A stretch of DNA of 45,516 nucleotides, from NCBI RefSeq assembly GCF_001194135.2, contig NC_068982.1, positions 113,672,734 through 113,718,249 on the forward strand, written 5' to 3'. The position numbers and the translations under genes are program-made. Numbering within the stretch: position 1 is the first letter of the stretch; every line of letters begins with the position of its first letter. Of this stretch, positions 36,951-45,516 are shown one piece after another. A model generated the notes under the pieces. It did not search any database, was not told the origin of the DNA, and saw only the letters and a program-made list of their open reading frames with translations. Source of the stretch: Octopus bimaculoides. Taxonomy: Eukaryota.

Positions 36951-39115
36951 TCTGTATCTTTCTTACTCAATAAAGTTCAACAGTTGACATTAATGGTAAT
37001 TGTAATGACCCCATTTTATGACAAAAAGCTGGGTTGCTCATTATGCTAAGCAAACTTAGCCATTTTCTACTGAACACATTACATGTCTGCTCAAATATAT
37101 AATAAATCATTTTTATTACATTTCCATGCAATTATGTTTGTAATACTGCTTGACTTTTACAACCTTCTTTGTTCTGTGTCCTCCAATATTCTATGATATA
37201 TATTTTATGCAGATACTTTCATTTAACTGTGCATTTCATTATCACTAAGGATTATCTGTTTTCTCACTCTATTTTACATCCAAAATGCTGACTGTCACAT
37301 ATCCAGCTCACTATTGATTCACTCAAATAACAGGACTAGTTTACATTCTCTAGCAAACTATTTTGGATTTCTAGTCTTTGCTATGTTCTACTACTTACTC
37401 ATATTATCATACATTAGGTGTACAATTATCAACACAAGGTTAGCCAATCGGAAATCACACTGTAGTAGCTGTACACTTATTGATTGCATACATATATATC
37501 AAGTTCCTCTTAGGTATAATCAAAATGCTACTGGGATTTGAAGACTTCTATCTTTATATGTTCTACATCTAAGTTTTGGCTAGATTTACATTTGAAATCT
37601 ACAAGTCATATCTTTACTTTCAAATTATAAGGATCAAGAAACTAATAGCATATATGATATGATTATTTGTCTCTGATTATGTTAATGTAAACACTATCTG
37701 TAGAGCTGTTTGAGTATTGAAATGATGAGCTCTGTATGTAAAAAATTTGTTAATCAATTGAAATGAAAGAATGCTGAAGTCTAGACACTACATCAAAGGC
37801 AATACTTAAACTTGACTTCAGATTTTTACTGACAGTATTATAAACAGAACATGAAGTAATTCCTGATGATGCAAAGGAAGTATAGCTTCTCAAATGAAAT
37901 GCCAGAAATGTTGAATTTCAAGATGCCAAAAGAGGTATCTGATGCAATGTCTTGCTCAGAGCTTTCAAAGTATTTTTAGGTATCTGTCTCATGTAATTGC
38001 ATTCCACTGCAATATTATTTTCTGTTTCAAAACTGGTAATGCTGATAGCTTTAAATCTGTCAGTTTTGAATAAAGAGATATAAGTTTTAGTTGGAAATGT
38101 ACTATATGTATAACTTATATAATGACCAATATGAAAACTGTTGGAAGATATTTGACATTAACTACTTGCATTTGTGTACATTATAATAATAAACCCTTAA
38201 GCAAGGCACTTCATCAAACTTTCCTGCTTGTCTAGAAAGAAAATAGAAACCACTCCTACATAAAGAAAGAAGATCCATATGTAAGATATTTGATTCTATA
38301 ACTATTTGATTTTCAAAAATATCCAACATTTTTCCTAGAATGTAAAATGATAATTCCCAGTGATGTCTAAAATTCTCAATCTACATTTATTCAATTCACT
38401 TTGAAATTTTATTTTGAAAAGCATATTTAATAAAAATAATTGCTTGTCTACACCATGAAGTAGTAAATTACTAATGAATACTTATAGCCTTGTGAAAGAC
38501 AAGTTATTTCACTTGCTTTACCTTTTAATGTGTATACCAGCTGACTGAAATTTAAGTACCATGTAGGTACAGCTTAATTTTCTTAATCTTAAATAATTTT
38601 ATACATTACACACACACACTATGTATATGTGTGTATGTGTTTAGATTATGTATTTTGATGTATTGCTAGTTTAATTATGTTTGTTGTGTTTTTATCAGTC
38701 TATTAACCTCATCATTTCCGTTTCAATTCACTGTTGCATTCAGTTTATTCTTCTACACCTGAAGACAACAGAATAGATTAAACTATATAAATAAATAAAA
38801 AAAAGTCTTGGATATACAGTCTCACATATTTCTTAGAAAGCAAACATTTTGTGAACACACAATCAAATAAACTTATTTAAAAAATCCCCCAGACATTCTG
38901 TGATCATAAATGTCATGACTAAGTTTTTTTTTAAGTTTGATTTACTAATAAATTTTAGTAGTAGTTATATTTTGTTGTTATTATGTTTAAAGAATCTTAT
39001 CTTATGTTGTTATTTCATTTTGATTTTCATCACAGCTGGATATATTTACACAATAAAATGTATGATTTCATACTGATGTATGTCACACACTCAAAGATAA
39101 GAACAGTAGCGTTAT

Positions 39116-39165
<50 letters not shown>

Positions 39166-42100
39166 GTGTTTTTTATATAAGTGATTTCAATTGACTCCAC
39201 CTGAAATCCAAAACCATATCATTGCTACAGCTTACTTTAAGCTAAATTCTTTAAGTATAGTGACCATCATACAGATTCTGATAAAAAGAAAATATTTAGT
39301 AATCAAATTTCCAATTTAAAATATCTATACACTTTCTTGGTAATAAGTTGCACAAAACTTATACCCTAAAGCCCTCAAAGTTGCTATTGCCTGTCAGCTC
39401 TGATTAGTTACTAATATCTACAAGGCTCAAGAGGGTCGAGGGCAGCTCACATTGAAGTACTGCCCACATCTATAGGATGATACTATTGCTCTATATGCAT
39501 TATCCTGGATTAAATTGCCAAAATGATATTCATTTGACTGGTAAAGTTTTACTCATCAACACTCCAGTCACTAACCAATAACTATGTTGTTCTACTCATC
39601 CCTGTTCCTGGGCTAACACTTCTACAACAGCCTCTGATCTATTGTTTTGGTAAACTGTATATCATCTCTTTCCAAGCCAACTCTATGTTTCTACCCCTCC
39701 TTCTTAGAACCTAATAGATCACACCCTATTGCATCATAATCTATCAAACTCTACATAAGTGCTTTGAAGTAAATAGGTAAAAAAAAATTGGCTTTGATAG
39801 CTTTTCTTTTTAAGTTCATTTATTTGCATAATCAATTTATAGTTTTTCATGAATTGTAACAACAATATTCATTGCTTTAAACTAGGTTCACATGTAATAA
39901 ATAGGTAAATATTTATGGATTCTAATCATCCAAGGGATTTTTTCTTATCTCTAGCTTTCCTAGTGGTTTGTGGATGCTGGCCTACTATCTATAGGAATTG
40001 AATTCAGTATTGGAAACCAAAAAATCATTGATATGATATTCCAGTGTAATAATATTGGTTTACTGCCATGAATTAAACCACTTGTGGAACCTATTTAATG
40101 TCAGGTCAAAGTAACAAAGGGTCTCTTATGTAGTTATGTGAGAAATAGAGGCCATATTTCTCTCAAATCACTACCTACCATCTTAAAAAAGGAAGGGCAT
40201 GATAGTCATGTAGTTTTAGATTAAAAAAACGATTGGATGGTCATCCCTGAAATATTGAACCTTTGATGGCATTTGACTTTGGGATAATCAGCATCAACAT
40301 TTTAGCTGTTAAGAATAAAGTTCATTGGTTATGGACACAGACAACAGCATTCACAAAAATCTGAACAGCTGACCTCTGGAAGTAATAAATATTGGGGAAA
40401 ATCATGTTTGGTTTAAAATACCCAAACAGTACCAGTAAAAGATTAGATCTAGAGATTCTGAGTCTCATGAATAAGATAAAATATGGCTGAGATGAATATT
40501 AATTTTCTATATGGCAAACTAATTCAAAACATGTCAGCATGGGAGAATAGACCTTAAATCAATGATGGAGATGATGACAGATCTACCATGGTTTTCAATA
40601 ATTACTAAAATTATCTGTTGCATGGAAAATATCACATGCTGTGATATGTTAATCCGAATGACAGGACTGAAAGATATTCATATGTCAAACCATACCATTT
40701 ATATTAGCATAAAGTAATGATGGGCATGGTGTGAGGCTGAAATTTATGATTATTTTTACCTTAAAACAATATTTTCTGTGTGGGTTAACTAATCTCTCCT
40801 ATTATAGTTTTCTTAAAAGTTTAACATATTCACTTATAGCCATCACTTATTTGTAGATGACATGTTAAAATTAAATATCTTCATAAAGGCTGAATGGATA
40901 TGAAATAAGATGTTAATTATTAACCATTCATGTACAAATATTACAAAATTAATTTTCTAATTAGTTTCTGTCCTTTTGATGTTAATTAATATTTATATAA
41001 AAAACAATCCCAGTACAAATTCTTGCCTGGTATGCCAATAATAATTGATAAATTACTAAATTTAATAAATTTGTTAAATGAAAACTCAAATCCTTGAGGT
41101 GGATTTTAATATCTCTTGTGACTGAGGAATAAGTACAACCAGTTGTGCATGTATGTGTGTGTGATCAGTTAAACATCAAACAGGCTGTTGCTTGCCATAC
41201 AGAGCTTAGAACCAGGATTAATAGCCAATGGAAAAGTGGGTGGTGACAGGAAACTGATCACAAGAGTAGTTTGGCCCAGATCACAAGAGTGGGCTTGGCC
41301 AAACCAATAAAACTAACATCCAACAAGGAAGCCTGTACATGGTAGCATAATCTATTAGAAATAACAGCTAAATTTCAAATCCCATCCTACCATCTTAAAG
41401 AAGTAGACTTATGACAATGAAGTCCCTGATATATGGGAAAAAAGAAGCATGGACATGGCTAGAATGCCTTTTGATCATTGGTTCAAAGCTAACTTGGAAC
41501 TAAGCAACAAGTAACTGTTAATTCTACTGCTTTTACTGCTTAGAACAACAAATTCTTCATACTTTGTAATATCTATTTTCTACCAGGTGGAGTGGAGCAT
41601 TTAGGAAATTGCCTTAGCTATAGAAACAATTCAGTATCAGTGAAAGAATATAAACTGCTGACATATTCACTGGTTATTCAGTATTCCATTCATTCAGACA
41701 TCTGTGTTCTCATAGAAATATTTGGAACATGTGACATAACTCAGCTTGATTAAAGACTTTGAATCTTCTTTAAATTAAAGAAAATGTATGTATTATAACT
41801 GATTTTAATGGCATTGAATATCACAAAGTTTCACAATTGTATGAAACAAAAACCAAAAAAATTCTTTTCACTTTTCTTGATGCAAATTGTAACTTATTTG
41901 TGCATGTGTGTGAGATAAATTTATTTCTTGCAGTTTTTAATTTAATCTTTGTACTTTCCATATATCTCTTATTGAATTCCTTCTCATATTTTTTCTCATG
42001 CAAACATTTATAGGTTAATTTATAATGCTAATTATATCGGGTTTCTAAAAATATCTTTTGTTTTGTTATTTTCTGTAACCTGTTGTGAAATGCTTAATAT

Positions 42101-42489
42101 TATAGATAATTTTTGTCTGGAACTATTTGTTAGTTGTCCTTCTCACTGTCTTATTAGATGGCATCAACATTATTTTTAGTCACAATTAGCTCTATGTACA
42201 TTAAAAACAAAGTATAATATTTTGGAGTTGTACTTGCCTGGCAAGTGATTTGATCTGAGACCATGTTTTGAAACTAATGCAATTACAGCATGAAAGAAAC
42301 ACTTAAACCATTCAAAATCACACACAAATTTCAGTTAATCAGTTATTATTTGGTGTCAAAATTTTCATCACACTGTCTGCCACCTGGTCATTGACACAGT
42401 GCCACTGCAACTGGCTTGGGACAAAGCTGTTGACCAGAATATATAGGTTTCAGGGTTTTAAATATAATATTTTTCTTTCATGTATATAG

Positions 42490-42895
42490 GTATTGTAGTG
42501 GCTGTGTGGTAAATAGCTCGTATACCAACAACATGGTTCCAGGTCCGGTCTCACTGCATAGCACCTTGGGCAAGTGTCTTCTGCTATAGTCTCGGGCTGA
42601 CCAAAGCCTTGCAAGTGGATTTGGTAGACAGAAACTGAAAGTTGCCTGTCGTATATGTATATATATGTGTGTGTGTATGTTTGTGTGTCTGTGTTTATCC
42701 CCCCACCATTGCTTGACAACTGATGTTGGTGTGTTTATGTTCCCATAACTTAGTTGTTTAGCAAAAGAAACTGATAGACTAAGTACTAGGCTTACAAAGA
42801 ATAAGTCCTGATGCTGATTTGTTCGACTAAAGGTGGTGCTCCAGCATGGCCGCAGTCAAATGACTGAAACAAATAAAGAGGTTAAAGAGTAAAAG
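42490..42895 (+). mobile_element. Full-length family-A SINE
   Basis: tRNA-like head, 'gcaccttgggcaagtgtcttc', internal TA/TG tract, 3' 'ggtggtgctccagcatggccgcagtcaaatgactgaaac' and an AAAGAGT-type tail. Confidence 0.9.
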
Positions 42896-43876
42896 AGTTT
42901 AGTCATCACCTGATGCTCACTGAACACAAGTGATGACTTCTGGTAGAATTGTGTAAGTAATCAATCAAAGATTGTGTGATGAAAACTTTGATGCCAAATA
43001 ATAAATGGCTAAGTGAAGTTAAAGTTTGTGTGTGTCTTCCATACTGTTATTGCTATAATAAATATATTTGTATAGCATATTTAGAAATAATGAGTGTTTG
43101 TATCTGTTAACATACACAGTTTCAAGAGTTAATGCTCTGGATAAGGTTCAAAGCTTATATTAGACTTCAATTAGTGTCTGTGTTATAAAGCAATATATTC
43201 TGACTGAGTTAATCGCTGTGTAATATAAGGACTAGCATCTTAATCTACGTTCCTGAAAATATGCTCCACAGTTAAGTGGTTGATACTTAAGAATATAATC
43301 AGCTGTAAAAAACCAATCCAAAGACATCTTCCCAACTCATGATATATTTATACAAATGGTTTTTACATTTAAGTATTTACAAGCTGCTCTTTTCTGTGTC
43401 TGAGAATATGCCATAGTGAAACAACTATGTGATGTCAAGCTAACAAAGGAAGTCTCTGCTTCATTATTCGACTTAGTAAAAATATCAGGCAAATCTTTAA
43501 ATCATGCTCAATTACCTTTAAAAGAAGCCTACATTTGATGATGTACTGTTAGGCACATTATGTCTGGAGAAAGATAAAAGATGGGATAATCAACCCTACC
43601 ACTAATAAGAGTTGCTCCTCTTCTAAACTGTTGCCTAAGATCACATTTTCTCTCAGCTCACACCAAATAATGTCCAATTTTTCACTTCAGAACTGCAGCC
43701 ATCTTTTAATTCTGTTCCTGTCTATGTTTTATTCTAGAGGCATCACCTTATTGAACATCAATCTCACTAGACTAAGAGGTCCTGCAGGTTCATAGGCACT
43801 ATTGTCTGCCTCCATCTAAATAGTTAAAATATCAAAAATATTGTATTACTCAGTGGCAACAAATATGCATTAAATA

Positions 43877-44077
43877 CTATAGGCACAAGGCCTGAAATTT
43901 GGGGGTAGGGGCCAGTCAATTATATCAACCTCAGTACACAACTGGTACTTTTATCAACCCTAAAAGGATGAAAGGCAAAGTTGACCTCAGTGAAATTTGA
44001 ACTCAGAATGTAGCAACAGGTGAAATATGCTAAGCATTTTGCCCAGTGTGCTAACGATTCTGTTAGCTCACAACCTT
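43877..44077 (-). mobile_element. Family-B SINE with a perfect 16-bp TSD
   Basis: AAATATGCATTAAATA at 43861-43876 and 44078-44093. Confidence 0.92.
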
Positions 44078-44440
44078 AAATATGCATTAAATAATGTACT
44101 TATTTAACAGAACAAATTAATTAAATCTGCACTTTTATTCGGACCATGTTACTAGTTTATAAAAATCAGATTTCTGTAGATTATATATAATCAAGAGGTT
44201 GACATAGAAACAATGTGGTCAAAATCATACTACTTCTGTCAAAATCTCATGCTCTCTGTGAGGATTTCAACTTTAAATATATATTTCTTTAGAGTAATGT
44301 TTAAATGCATGTTATAATATAATCTATTTAAATATGTCATTTGATTTCTATACACTGAAGTAGAAAACACTTCATACTTGATTATTTTTAATTCTGCAGG
44401 ATACTCAGCAATAGTCCACCAGTTTTATCATCATATATAA

Positions 44441-44646
44441 TGGTTTCAAATTTTGGCACAAGACCAGCAATTTTGGGGAAGAGGCTAAGTCAGTTTCATC
44501 AACCCAGTGCTCAACTGGTACTTATTTTCTCAACCCCAAAGGGATGAAAGGCAAAGTTGACCTTGACGGGATTTGAACTCAGAACATAACAATGGACAAA
44601 ACGCCACTAAGCATTTTGCCTTGTATGCTAAAGATTCTGCCGCAAG
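44441..44646 (-). mobile_element. Family-B SINE
   Basis: Reverse complement of the family-B head, core and tail. Confidence 0.88.
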
Positions 44647-44690
44647 TATTTTATTTATTAATTTCATTATTATTACTTTTGTTTTTTGTT

Positions 44691-44923
44691 GAAGGTAGCA
44701 ACCTAGCAGAATGTTGGGCAAAATGCTTAGCACCATTTCTTCCAGCTCTTTATGTTGAGTTCAAATTCCACCCAGGTCAACTTCGCTTCTGATCTTTTTA
44801 TTTTTGGTGCGTGGGGTGAGGGGAGGGGAAATAAAGTAAGTACTGGTTGTATTCTGGGGTTAATGTAATCAACTAATCCCTTCCCACTAAAATTGCTGAT
44901 CTTGTACCAAAATTTGAAACCAA
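44691..44923 (+). mobile_element. Family-B SINE
   Basis: Head 'gaaggtagcaacctagcagaatgttgg' through tail 'cttgtaccaaaatttgaaacc'. Confidence 0.8.
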
Positions 44924-45078
44924 AGGCAACGGGCTGGCAGAATCAATAAAAAGAATAAAATACTTAGAGGTATATCTTCTGCTGAGGTCGACTTTGCTTT
45001 TCTTCCTTTCAAGATCACTAAAATATATACCAGTTGAGCACTGGGGTTGATGTAACTGACTAGCCCACTCCTCCAAAA
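44924..45078 (+). mobile_element. Family-B SINE, internally deleted, in tandem with the previous copy
   Basis: 'aggcaacgggctggcagaatc...gaggtcgactttgc...accagttgagcactggggttgatg'. Confidence 0.8.
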
Positions 45079-45274
45079 TAGAATTATTATTATTTTTGTT
45101 TTTGCCACAGTTTCACAATTCTTATTTCTTGTTTGATACAATTTTTTTATTTTTTGATTTAAGAATAGATTTAAAAATTCATATTTTATTTCTTGTTCAA
45201 GCATTTTGTGTTTGTTTAAATGTAATCTATGTATTCCAGAATATATATCTAGTTTTATGTATTTCTCATTCTAT

Positions 45275-45516
45275 CATATCATCATCATCATCATCATCAT
45301 CATCGTTTAACGTCCGCTTTCCATGCTAGCATGGGTTGGACGATTTGACTGAGGACTGGTGAAACCGGATGGCAACACCAGGCTCCAGTCTGATTTGGCA
45401 GAGTTTCTACAGCTGGATGCCCTTCCTAACGCCAACCACTCAGAGAGTGTAGTGGGTGCTTTTACGTGTCACCCGCACGAAAACGGCCACGCTCGAAATG
45501 GTGTCTTTTATGTGCC
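45275..45516 (-). mobile_element. RTE-tail SINE with (GAT)n tail, CpG-rich, cut by the window end
   Basis: (CAT)n followed by 'cgtttaacgtccgctttccatgctagcatgggttggacg'. Confidence 0.88.

Noticed and set aside
37840-37960. Plus-strand exon-like segment ending AAGAG|gtatct
   Set aside because: Stops in all three frames.
41586-41755. Plus-strand acceptor followed by ~56 open codons
   Set aside because: No good donor, no recognisable protein, and within chance expectation.

Overview
AT-rich, repeat-dense animal DNA with five N-gaps, each next to a microsatellite. The repeat families (tRNA-head SINEs with internal TG/TA tracts, RTE-type (GAT)n tails) suggest a coleoid cephalopod, probably Octopus. 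That assignment is inferred from recalled repeat families, not from a database hit. I found no intact, recognisable host gene, and most ORFs in the track are microsatellite, gap or TE artefacts. Supported content: a decayed Tc1/mariner transposon with a DD36E triad, a hAT transposase fossil, a Helitron carrying the C-terminal end of its helicase plus a 91-bp mini-Helitron, RTE and CR1/Jockey-like LINE fossils, a mariner MITE, two foldback MITEs nested in other repeats, and many SINEs. Least explained: a foldback built from a 27/54-bp minisatellite (8.9-10.1 kb), several unique exon-like segments (best 34820-35002, minus strand), a CpG-retaining island near 32-32.9 kb, and a hammerhead-like motif. 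Nothing here proves a new biological system; these are candidates to test.
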